The position numbers were made by a program, and so were the translations under genes. The notes beneath the pieces were generated by a model. The model was given only the letters and a program-made list of their open reading frames with translations. It was not told the DNA's origin and searched no databases. A stretch of DNA of 64,000 bases from a virus: the UHGV virus genome UHGV-0229283. The stretch is one strand, 5' to 3'. Below, in pieces: positions 46,768 through 55,157 of the stretch. How positions within the stretch are numbered: position 1 is the stretch's first letter; every line of letters begins with the position of its first letter.

Positions 46768-46986
46768 ATGTTTGGATTTATTATATTGGCTTGTCATATT
46801 TCTGTTAGTTCGATGGCATTACAATGTGATTGGAATGTTAAAAAAACATTCCCCACGGAACAGGCTTGCAACGTGTACGAAAACGAATACACGTTAGGCA
46901 AAGGCGAGCAGATCGGGATCTGCGATGAGTTAGACCCCGGCGTTAAAGAAGGCGATAAGCGCCCTATTCTCACCCTCAAAAAGTAA
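46768..46986 (+). CDS. small secreted Cys-containing protein (72 aa)
   Basis: ATG after TAAGGCGG. Signal peptide MFGFIILACHISVSSMA. Four Cys in the mature part. Confidence 0.45.
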   Translation: MFGFIILACHISVSSMALQCDWNVKKTFPTEQACNVYENEYTLGKGEQIGICDELDPGVKEGDKRPILTLKK

Positions 46987-46996
46987 GGTAACGATC

Positions 46997-47188
46997 ATGT
47001 TTGAAGTATTCGCGGGTATGTGCTTTTATGGTGCGCTGGCTTTAAAACAGTGTGATGATTATGTAGTAGAAAGCTATGATGATCAATTGACTTGCGAGAT
47101 CGTCGCCGTTGACTATCAGCGCCAGGGGCGCTGGATTAATCCGGCCTGCATACCATCGCCGGAAGTCGAACCGATGCCGGAAAGCTAA
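46997..47188 (+). CDS. small secreted Cys-containing protein (63 aa)
   Basis: Hydrophobic N-terminus MFEVFAGMCFYGALA. Cys residues. Confidence 0.45.
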   Translation: MFEVFAGMCFYGALALKQCDDYVVESYDDQLTCEIVAVDYQRQGRWINPACIPSPEVEPMPES

Positions 47189-47271
47189 AATAATCATTGA
47201 TCCCCCGGCCCGGTTAGGTTATATTACTTGGACCGGGCAAGATTGGCCCACTAACAAAAAGGTAAAATAGT

Positions 47272-47595
47272 ATGGAAAAGGCAAACAAATTTTTCTTTCT
47301 GGAAAATGTTAATGACAATGTTAATTGTGACTTTAATCGCCAGGGTGAAAAAACCATGCTAGTATTTTGCCATGAGAATGACAGCGAACAAACGGACCGT
47401 TTAACCGTCCTGATCCGTACTGAAAAATCTATTCAATCCCATAGCGGAAAACTTGAAAACCGCCACTTTATCGCCTACACGCTTGAAAGAAGCGGAGTAA
47501 CAATAAAACAGGCTGACAGCCTGCCTATAACTACCCCGGATCTGGTCTGGATGTTTACAACTGCTATTGTTAACGATGTTTTCCGTTCTAACTGA
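47272..47595 (+). CDS. hypothetical protein (107 aa)
   Basis: AAAAAGGTAAAATAGTATG initiation region. The preceding hairpin has TTATATTAC in its loop. Confidence 0.5.
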   Translation: MEKANKFFFLENVNDNVNCDFNRQGEKTMLVFCHENDSEQTDRLTVLIRTEKSIQSHSGKLENRHFIAYTLERSGVTIKQADSLPITTPDLVWMFTTAIVNDVFRSN

Positions 47596-47612
47596 TTGAG
47601 AAAATTAATCTG

Positions 47613-47651
47613 AAAAGTCGCTTGCAAACGTGAGCGACTTTTATTATATTT
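47613..47651 (+). terminator. rho-independent terminator
   Basis: AAAAGTCGCTTGCAAACGTGAGCGACTTTTATTATATTT. Confidence 0.6.
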
Positions 47652-47700
47652 AATGCACAGGGCGGCAATGGTGCGACGGCCCAAAATAAAGGTAAACGAA

Positions 47701-47865
47701 ATGAAACTTTCCCAGCAATTTGCTCAAGAATGCCGCGAAGAAGCGAAGTATTATTTTGATCGCGCCTTGCAAGCGAAAGCAGAAGGCCTGAATTATTCCC
47801 GCCGTGTTTGCTTACAGGTCGCTTTATTGAATCGCAAAAACGCCCGTAAATGGGCCGCCGAATAA
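47701..47865 (+). CDS. small hypothetical protein (54 aa; start MKLSQQ)
   Basis: AAAGGTAAACGAAATG initiation region. Confidence 0.45.
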   Translation: MKLSQQFAQECREEAKYYFDRALQAKAEGLNYSRRVCLQVALLNRKNARKWAAE

Positions 47866-47869
47866 TTTG

Positions 47870-47899
47870 TTGACACTGGTTAATGTGTGGGATAAGATA
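47870..47899 (+). promoter_or_regulatory. promoter/operator module copy 2 (TTGACACTGGTTAATGTGTGGGATAAGAT...CACATTGTCAAGTG)
   Basis: The first 25 nt are identical to the module at 46370, and the same inverted repeat flanks the -10. Confidence 0.55.
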
Positions 47900-47951
47900 C
47901 CCGCACATTGTCAAGTGAAACAAAAAAACCACACAAAACGAGGTAAACAGA

Positions 47952-48722
47952 ATGACCACTAAAATCACCGTTACTTATTACATCGACTCCGGCAAGCTGA
48001 ATGCAATGTATACATTGCGCCGCCGTAATTTTGGCGGTGGCGTTTTTGTAGATTCTTACATTTGCAATCTTTCAACCGATCCCCAAAAAGCAGAAAATAA
48101 AGCAAAGGAATATTTTGATCGAGTAACCGCGCGGATCGCCAATACAGAAAACTTTGAGCAAGTTTTTGCAGGCTATGCGGATTTTGAGCTGGGGCAACGT
48201 CGCGGTAAATTGTCGATCGTCGATACGGCCCGGATCGAAGAAATCGAAGCGGGGCGCTTTCCGTTTGGCAAGCATTGCGGTAAAACGTTTGCCGATGTTA
48301 AAGAATCATATGTTTTATTTTTTGCTGATATGGCAAACAAGCCAGACAACGGCCCGGTAATGGAAGCATTAAGCGCGGCTTGTTTGGGCTATGCTCTTGA
48401 TCATGGGTACATTGCAGCCCGTGACCAAAAACGCGCCGAGCGTAAGGCCGAGGATTTAAAAAGCAACTGGATCGGCAACATTGGCGATCGCCTGGTTTTT
48501 GAGGGTGAGATCGTTTTTTCTTATCTAAAAATTGATGAGTGGAGTTTATCATCTTACTATATTATAAAAATTCGCCAGGGTGACGATCTGGTTACCTACA
48601 TCGGATCAAAAGAGTTAGGCCCGGTTGGCGCGGTTATTAAGTTTAAAGCTACCGTCAAAAAACATGATACATATCAAGATGTTAAAACAACCGTTGTAAA
48701 CCGTCCCGCCATTATGGCATAA
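47952..48722 (+). CDS. hypothetical protein (256 aa)
   Basis: AACGAGGTAAACAGAATG initiation region. Confidence 0.55.
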   Translation: MTTKITVTYYIDSGKLNAMYTLRRRNFGGGVFVDSYICNLSTDPQKAENKAKEYFDRVTARIANTENFEQVFAGYADFELGQRRGKLSIVDTARIEEIEAGRFPFGKHCGKTFADVKESYVLFFADMANKPDNGPVMEALSAACLGYALDHGYIAARDQKRAERKAEDLKSNWIGNIGDRLVFEGEIVFSYLKIDEWSLSSYYIIKIRQGDDLVTYIGSKELGPVGAVIKFKATVKKHDTYQDVKTTVVNRPAIMA

Positions 48723-48770
48723 TGTACACCAGGCCCCGGATCGCCGGGGCAACTTTTAGAGGTAAACAAA

Positions 48771-49061
48771 ATGAAAAATGTTAACGCGCTGTTAGAAAAG
48801 GCTGAAAAATTAGTCTGGGCGGAAATAGAAAAGAAAGTAACAAAAATTCTACTGAGTGAACGCAACGCAGCGCGGGGCTTTATTTGTTGTATGGGCGGTT
48901 ATTTCTGGATCGACAGCAACGGCGATGCAATAGACGATCGCGCCTGGATGAATCCTGTTTTCAATATCTTTGATAAATACGATGATGCTTTCAAGCTTAC
49001 GGGGATCGGTTGGCGCTGGGATCTGGTTAATGGCGAGGTTGTAAAAACAACCGATTGGTAA
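48771..49061 (+). CDS. hypothetical protein (96 aa)
   Basis: AGAGGTAAACAAAATG initiation region, after hairpin GCCCCGGATCGCCGGGGC. Confidence 0.5.
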   Translation: MKNVNALLEKAEKLVWAEIEKKVTKILLSERNAARGFICCMGGYFWIDSNGDAIDDRAWMNPVFNIFDKYDDAFKLTGIGWRWDLVNGEVVKTTDW

Positions 49062-49217
49062 ATGCAAATGATACGTTTTCTCAATATGCGATCTGGTAAA
49101 ATTTATCGCTGGATTGAAAACCGTGTTTTGGTTGAAACGACAAAAGGCTGGCGACGTGTAGATCACTTGCGCCCCGCCGATCTGGCTTGCTTTCCTTTCA
49201 TGGGGATTAAAAAATGA
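49062..49217 (+). CDS. small hypothetical protein (51 aa, not in the ORF track)
   Basis: TAAATG overlap with the upstream stop. Its stop overlaps the next ATG. Confidence 0.3.
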   Translation: MQMIRFLNMRSGKIYRWIENRVLVETTKGWRRVDHLRPADLACFPFMGIKK

Positions 49218-49681
49218 TTAGTGTACGAATGTTTTATTACGATGAATTATCAGAACAGGCAAAAGCCGCCGCCCGCGCTAACGTTGTGATCCCCGAGGTG
49301 GAAGCACTGATTCGTAATGTTGGCAACGCTCGCCAGGCCTGGAAGGAAAACATTCACCGGGCAATTAATGACCCTTATCACGTCCGCCGGATCTACAATG
49401 GACAAATGGCGCTTTACAAAATCCGGCACCAGGGCGAGGCTTATTTGATACCCTACATCCGGCAAAACTGCACAATTTATCTGGCCGATGGATCATATGT
49501 TTACTATGATTGCAACAAAAAACGGATCGCTATTGTTAACAGTGGTTATCATGGATTATTACCCGACGATCTCCAGGTGGCGGCGCGTGATGAATATGTA
49601 AGAGTAAACGATCGAGGCCCGGCATACTTTAGAAAATTATATTCCGACATTGCAAAGGCGAAGAGATCCGGCCCGGCATGA
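49214..49681 (+). CDS. hypothetical protein (155 aa)
   Basis: Co-oriented and coupled ORF. Confidence 0.5.
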   Translation: MISVRMFYYDELSEQAKAAARANVVIPEVEALIRNVGNARQAWKENIHRAINDPYHVRRIYNGQMALYKIRHQGEAYLIPYIRQNCTIYLADGSYVYYDCNKKRIAIVNSGYHGLLPDDLQVAARDEYVRVNDRGPAYFRKLYSDIAKAKRSGPA

Positions 49682-50048
49682 TAGGAAAATCTTTACAATT
49701 CCAGGGCTTGTTTTCGGTCCTGGTTTTTGTTATTCTGTTTTTGAAGCGGCAACGATGGACACCGGAGGAAAGTCACCGGAGGTGCCCGCCATTCTGGTAA
49801 TGAGAATTACTCTCAACAACGCCTAAAATCTTATGCAAAATAGTGAATATGGCGAGATCTCCGATAAAATGGACTAGGGTACAGCCTGGACGAAAAACCG
49901 CTTAAAACTCGTTACAGGGCGTTTAAAGGCCATATAAAAACAACTTGACACGGGAAAACGGCTAAAAAGTAATTTCACCATGAAATCAATTGCATAGCGA
50001 TGCATAAAGATGCAAAAAGTGAATAATGTAAAGATACGTAAAGAGCTA

Positions 50049-50077
50049 TTGACAGCGATCCCCGCTTATATTATTAT
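50049..50077 (+). promoter_or_regulatory. sigma70-like promoter (TTGACA, 17 bp, TATTAT)
   Basis: Read directly from the sequence. Precedes the gene at 50127. Confidence 0.5.
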
Positions 50078-50126
50078 TTATCTCGTAGGGCAAACAAACG
50101 AAAACAACTTAACGAGGTAAACGAAA

Positions 50127-50486
50127 ATGACTATCATCAATCTGAATTCTACTGTTAAAGGTAAAGATTTTGGCGGCGTAGTAGATCATGATCCGATGTG
50201 GTCGCTTTCAGTTTTCAAAGGCGATTTAATCGACGTCGTTACCCTGGATGGCCCGAGCGACGATTACAAATGTGAAATTCATCTCACTAACTGGTACACT
50301 AACAAAACTTATGCTCTTGATCGCGTGATTATCGGTAGAATTGAATCACTGACAGACGAAGAGACCGGGCAAGATTTTGATTATTATATCAATAGCTCTG
50401 ATCGCGCTGATCGTCTGCTGCAAAAGATTAAAGAAAAAGGCGTTATTGATTTAGCTCTTTGGGTGGACGTTACAGAAAGCAACTAA
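50127..50486 (+). CDS. hypothetical protein (119 aa)
   Basis: AACGAGGTAAACGAAAATG initiation region. Confidence 0.5.
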   Translation: MTIINLNSTVKGKDFGGVVDHDPMWSLSVFKGDLIDVVTLDGPSDDYKCEIHLTNWYTNKTYALDRVIIGRIESLTDEETGQDFDYYINSSDRADRLLQKIKEKGVIDLALWVDVTESN

Positions 50487-50561
50487 GTTAACAGATTAAA
50501 AGGCGTTTAGATGAGCGCCTTTTGATAAGTTATCACCAACAATCAAAAGAGGTAAAAAACA

Positions 50562-50891
50562 ATGACTAAATCAGAATTCTTTAAAATGCTGGATAATCAT
50601 CTAGAATCACACAACTACACTTTCGATCATTTTGGAAATCGAATCAAGCGAGAGGATCGCCAGTATACAGCAAACGAGATCGAGGCCTTCACACATAGCG
50701 AACCAGAAGAGAAGATCGTGAAACTTAAAGCGGCGGATTCAAATTATCCTTGGATTTTTCATTCTTCCGGTTGGTGCCTTGCGGATTGTTGGTATATCAC
50801 CGCTATCTCACATAGAACAAAAGCGGCGGCAGAAAAGCAACATAAGATTTTTACCCGCTGGATCGCTGAGTATAAAGAGCTTAACAAATAA
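50562..50891 (+). CDS. hypothetical protein (109 aa)
   Basis: AAAGAGGTAAAAAACAATG initiation region, after a weak terminator hairpin at 50501..50524. Confidence 0.5.
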   Translation: MTKSEFFKMLDNHLESHNYTFDHFGNRIKREDRQYTANEIEAFTHSEPEEKIVKLKAADSNYPWIFHSSGWCLADCWYITAISHRTKAAAEKQHKIFTRWIAEYKELNK

Positions 50892-50939
50892 TCAAACCGG
50901 GGCGCTAGCCGCCCCGCTATCCTTTGAGGTAAAGCAATT

Positions 50940-51170
50940 ATGATTAATATTAGTGTTGACAAGTTAGCCGAAATCATCCAGAAGGCAGGAGATGAGAAAT
51001 ACGGCGTAAATGATTTTTATTTCATCGGGCAGTATGAGGACGGTCGCTATTATGGCGTGTTGTCTAACAAGGTGAAAAGCCGTAGCAGCGCCGCACAATT
51101 GCGCCGCCCGGAGTTTTTAGAACAAAAGGGCCTTAAAGTAATAAAAGTAATGAAACGCAAAAAAGGTTGA
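50940..51170 (+). CDS. hypothetical protein (76 aa)
   Basis: TGAGGTAAAGCAATTATG initiation region, after hairpin GGGGCGCTAGCCGCCCC. Confidence 0.45.
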   Translation: MINISVDKLAEIIQKAGDEKYGVNDFYFIGQYEDGRYYGVLSNKVKSRSSAAQLRRPEFLEQKGLKVIKVMKRKKG

Positions 51171-51382
51171 TGATTATGAAAACTGTAAAAGCAAAAGATT
51201 TAAAAGGCGGAATGATCATCGAATTACCGGACATTGCACCAGGCTTTAAACCTGGTTTAGTGACTATCACACAAATAGAAATCGAAGCGCCCCACATTGT
51301 GGAAGTATCTTTCTATTACAAAAAGCGCTATATGGCCGACCTTTATCACCCTGAGGCGGAATTTAAACTAATCAGTGAATGA
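51167..51382 (+). CDS. hypothetical protein (71 aa)
   Basis: ATGA overlap with the upstream stop. Confidence 0.45.
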   Translation: MMIMKTVKAKDLKGGMIIELPDIAPGFKPGLVTITQIEIEAPHIVEVSFYYKKRYMADLYHPEAEFKLISE

Positions 51383-51485
51383 GGCTGTAAAGAAAAGGCA
51401 AACCGCTTGCCTGGCCAGATGTTTTCGACTATTATTTATTTCAGGGCGGGAAGATAACCAACCCGCAAAACCGAAGGTAAATAAA

Positions 51486-51656
51486 ATGTCAAATATCCGC
51501 TACAATATCAAAAGCACTTCAAAAACCGGTTATGTGTCTTATGTTCGCCAGGGGTCTACAATGGCTTGGACCTTTGAAGAATGTATGAAAATTGTTACTA
51601 CGCTTTCAGGTGATGATCGCTATATGGGCGTTTTATTTGAGATTGAATTAGCTTAA
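51486..51656 (+). CDS. small hypothetical protein (56 aa; start MSNIRYNIKS)
   Basis: ACCGAAGGTAAATAAAATG initiation region. Confidence 0.4.
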   Translation: MSNIRYNIKSTSKTGYVSYVRQGSTMAWTFEECMKIVTTLSGDDRYMGVLFEIELA

Positions 51657-51661
51657 ACATC

Positions 51662-51688
51662 GGGGCGCTATTGCAGCGCCCTTTTTCG
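51662..51688 (+). terminator. rho-independent terminator (GGGCGCTATTGCAGCGCCC plus T5)
   Basis: Hairpin followed by a T run. Confidence 0.55.
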
Positions 51689-51730
51689 TGTGTTATTCTT
51701 TTACCTCCCTCATTAAACGAGTAACACCAA

Positions 51731-51994
51731 ATGACAAACATGATTTACACTGTAAGCAAAACAAGCCTTTTACGCGCTACCCTGCTGGCTTGCCTTATTG
51801 CTTTAGTGTCTAATACGTGTTTTAACTGGCTGGCTTGCCTGGTAACGACGGAAACAATGGCGCAAGGGTTTAACACCATGATCGACGTTTTACAATTGAC
51901 GTTTTACACTCTGATTAAACTTAATCGCTTTAATCGTTTAGACCGTTATGATCTCCCTTTCTTGATCGCTGGCCTGCTGGCTATCGCGCTGTAA
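51731..51994 (+). CDS. small membrane protein (87 aa, 2-3 TM)
   Basis: LLRATLLACLIALVSNTCF and LPFLIAGLLAIAL are hydrophobic segments. Confidence 0.45.
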   Translation: MTNMIYTVSKTSLLRATLLACLIALVSNTCFNWLACLVTTETMAQGFNTMIDVLQLTFYTLIKLNRFNRLDRYDLPFLIAGLLAIAL

Positions 51995-52019
51995 GGCTCC
52001 ACTACTCCCCAAAAATAAT

Positions 52020-52048
52020 GCCGGGCAACTCCCGGCTTTTGTGTTTTT
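52020..52048 (+). terminator. rho-independent terminator ending the small-gene cluster
   Basis: GCCGGGCAACTCCCGGC followed by TTTTGTGTTTTT. Confidence 0.5.
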
Positions 52049-52407
52049 ATATGTTAGGTTTTATCAATCAATAATCAAAAAGTGATAGGTGACTAAAACC
52101 TGCATAATCGAGATCTCCAGGCGGTAACCCACTAGCCAGGGTAAGAGATAAAGCCTCTCAGAATGGCGCATATTGCGCTTAAAAGGGTATGGCCCTACCT
52201 AACAACCCCAACAATTAATAACGCATGTTATTAACTGAATAAAACATGCATTTTTAAGCATTATGTATGCATAGTGTGAGAATCACTCTCAAATGATAAC
52301 TTTTATCATCTAACCTATTGTGTGAACTGGTTTTATTGAGCATAAAAATAAAATCTTGTCAAATAAAAATCGTTCGCGTAATCGTGGGGAGTGGCGCGAG
52401 CGTAGCG

Positions 52408-52613
52408 AGCGACACAATAACACTAGGGTAACTCAAATGCGAACAAATCGCATTCTCGTTCGCGTTATCGTGGCTCGTAGACGCTACGATCAAGGACGAA
52501 ATTATTACAGTGTATTATCATTACATCCGTAATGATTAGCAATGGAACTTTATCACATCGCCACGATAACACCGATCAACTATCGTTGATCGCCCTAGTG
52601 TTATTGTGTCGCT
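52408..52613. repeat. 21 bp perfect inverted repeat pair (AGCGACACAATAACACTAGGG / CCCTAGTGTTATTGTGTCGCT) flanking a 164 bp palindrome-rich core
   Basis: The left arm is 52408..52428 and the right arm is 52593..52613. The core contains internal palindromes (GATCAACTATCGTTGATC, CATTACATCCGTAATG, GCGAACAAATCGCATTCTCGTTCGC). Direct and inverted GCGTWATCGTGG copies lie around it. Confidence 0.6.
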
Positions 52614-53739
52614 GGTGATGGTAACACCCCGTTATTATTATGTGATTAAATGAAATTTAATGGTTGACAAATAGCAATAAATCACTTGCCAATGTGGGCC
52701 TATGGCCTATGGAAAGGCCTGTTTTTGAGCATGGAAGAAGTGTAAACTGTCAAGTGTTTTTATTATCGAAAATTCCTATCAATGCCTTGCGTGGCAATAA
52801 AGAAAATAGTTACTTATTGTAACTATTTCAATGCTTTAGCATTGCCGGGTATCCGGTCCGTAACGGGCTTATGTGAGAATAGTTATCATTGGGGAAATGC
52901 TCAAAGTATAGCTGTGTGTTAAACACGATTCTCTCTCCTTGTCAAGCTTTTATTTATAAATTTACAAAATATTTATATTTGCGGAATGATTCTCATTTCG
53001 AAATTGAATTCGAAATCGAAATAATAATGATTCTCATTCGTCATCTCATTCACAAAACAACCCTAAAACATGAATAATCACACATGAAACTATCACCACA
53101 GTAACAGTCACACCATGTAATGACCTGAAGCGGCTGGCCTATGCGTCACACTGGTAACATTGGGGCATTATTAGCTTGCTATGTGTTGTTGGTCAGTGCG
53201 TATAACGTGTTTTATGTTAAATGGTGTAATTCATATAAATATAAGCTTGTCAATAGCAAATCGTGCTCTAAGCTGGCAAACCATATGCTTGCTATATGTC
53301 ACATTTGATTATTATTAGTTTCGGCAAGTAACTATCATGCCTGAAGAGGCCCCGAGGAACCGGGAACCGGATCGACCTTGCCCATGATATTTTGTAAAGA
53401 TCCGTAAAAATATTTGACGCCCGGAGCTGTCCGTCTAGCACCGCAGATGGTGAGAACAGGATATTTTTCGGCAAGTGATATTTTCGGCAGGGGGCCTGTT
53501 TTGATTTCCCCACGGGGGAAGGGGTGGTTATACGGGGAAAACAGGGGCCTGTTTACGGTATCGACATATCGGGGAGTCCCTTCAGATTGTGTGTTAATGA
53601 AATGAGTACGTAGTACAATGAGAATCATTCTCATTTACAGACAACCGGGCAGGTCCGGTGATTGTTTCGTGCAGCCTCAGCACCTGTTGCTGTGTGCAGG
53701 ATAACAGGGTTGCCTATTCAGGTCAACCCCTTCGTGCGG

Positions 53740-54027
53740 TCACCACTGATGAAATCTTTTGTGCTCCCATCTCGCCCGGCTGATGATACACCACATAGCC
53801 TGTTCATCATAGAAACCAAGCGCTTTAAGCTCTTGCTTCACATCGCTCAACTGTGCGTATAAATAAAGCTTTTTACTACCTTGACGCAGGAGGATAGCTG
53901 GTACAAGTGTCTTTGCATAGTCCAACAACACCTCTATTCTCTGCCTTTTCCCTTCAGATTTCTTGCGTGGGCAATTCCTGATGTGTGCCAGTTTTGCTGG
54001 CGCTTTTACTACTTTGTTGAAAGCCAT
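53740..54027 (-). CDS. hypothetical basic protein (95 aa)
   Basis: First minus-strand gene after the noncoding zone. Confidence 0.4.
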   Translation of the reverse strand: MAFNKVVKAPAKLAHIRNCPRKKSEGKRQRIEVLLDYAKTLVPAILLRQGSKKLYLYAQLSDVKQELKALGFYDEQAMWCIISRARWEHKRFHQW

Positions 54028-54443
54028 AGAGGTTCCTTAAAGAATGGTTGTGATGATCAGACATTGTTGTGTGGTTCTCATCATTGCATGGGTGGCCTGG
54101 CCCGTTGGAGGGTCGTTATTGTCATCATCGTCATCTACGAATAAGGTAAGGACCACCACCACGATGGCAACAATCCCCAACACCCAAAGAACTATAAGTC
54201 CCATCATTCATCCTTCTTAGCCACTGGCCCAATAGATACGTACAACATCATCCCATAAGGGATAAGGATCAGGAGCACTGTAATCAGCATCCCTAGTAAT
54301 AAGAAACCCATGTCGTCCATAAAATTCTCCTCGTGTAATTGATAGAGGGAGTATAATCGCCGAGCCTGTTTACGTCAAGGTAAATTGATGCTCCACTTTA
54401 GATAAAAGAAAAGGAGCCTCTTCAGACTCCCTTGTGGTGTGGG

Positions 54444-54872
54444 TCAGATATTCTTGACTGCGATCAGGTTTGGGACATACGTACATGTTGGGGAGTAAGT
54501 GGTGTCCTTCCTGCGAAGCTGTGTCTTGCACAGAGAAGCATGTGATTGTGTGTCCACAGGCTCTCGGTCATAGAACGGATATCCGCTGCACATGTACGGG
54601 CGATCCTCGTAAATTGAGCACTTGTTGTCTTTCAGCTTTGTGCAGGTAAAGTAGCTGGTGAAGTGATTTGTTCCTTTACCAACTTCCTCACGACCTGCAA
54701 CAACAAGAGGATTCCGTTTGTAGGCCTCATCCCTGGAGATTGGTTTCATCATCTCCCCGTGGATAGCAGATATTCTTCCGGCCCTGATTTTTTCGTGGAA
54801 GTCTTCGTGGGTGATGTTGTCTATGGCGATAACTTCACAACAGGCACTGCAATTATGGCAATGTTTTATCAT
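54444..54872 (-). CDS. YkgJ-family Cys-rich protein (putative zinc- or Fe-S-chelating CxxCxxCC domain)
   Basis: N-terminal HCHNCSACCEV plus C-terminal KCSIYEDRPYMCSGYP. Confidence 0.5.
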   Translation of the reverse strand: MIKHCHNCSACCEVIAIDNITHEDFHEKIRAGRISAIHGEMMKPISRDEAYKRNPLVVAGREEVGKGTNHFTSYFTCTKLKDNKCSIYEDRPYMCSGYPFYDREPVDTQSHASLCKTQLRRKDTTYSPTCTYVPNLIAVKNI

Positions 54873-55157
54873 TTATAACCTCATCCAGGTTTGATAGTCA
54901 GCTTCTGTGTGGTGCTCATCCCGTGCAACCTTTTGTGGTGGAGCAGGGTTCTTTGCAGCAGCTTCCATGATTCCCCGTGGGTCGGGGTCTTCAATCAGGT
55001 GTTTGTGTTCATCACAGGCGTAATGCTTGTACCAGTCACGCAGTCCCCACGGTGGTTGGTATTTCGTCATAACTGTGCAGCGCCTGCGGATGCCAATGGC
55101 TTTGCAGAATTTGCAGTAGGTTATAGGTTTGCACTTCTTCAGCGGGATATGTTTCAT
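54873..55157 (-). CDS. hypothetical Cys-rich protein (94 aa)
   Basis: CKPITYCKFCK...CDEHKH. Confidence 0.4.
   Translation of the reverse strand: MKHIPLKKCKPITYCKFCKAIGIRRRCTVMTKYQPPWGLRDWYKHYACDEHKHLIEDPDPRGIMEAAAKNPAPPQKVARDEHHTEADYQTWMRL

Noticed and set aside
52370-52625. Retron msr/msd interpretation of the inverted-repeat element
   Set aside because: No reverse transcriptase gene is present anywhere in the window, and there is no conserved branching-G context.
53292-53634. Two overlapping minus-strand ORFs (73 and 99 aa) in the GC-rich structured region
   Set aside because: They overlap each other in different frames and have no RBS. The region has strong nucleic-acid-level structure, so a noncoding role is favoured.
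52000-53740. tRNA genes in the 1.7 kb ORF-free zone, which would be expected in a large phage
   Set aside because: I scanned for T-loop-like GGTTCGAATCC / GTTCRANYC motifs with matching acceptor stems and found none. The region is instead filled with palindromes and inverted repeats. A tRNAscan-SE run would be needed to be certain.
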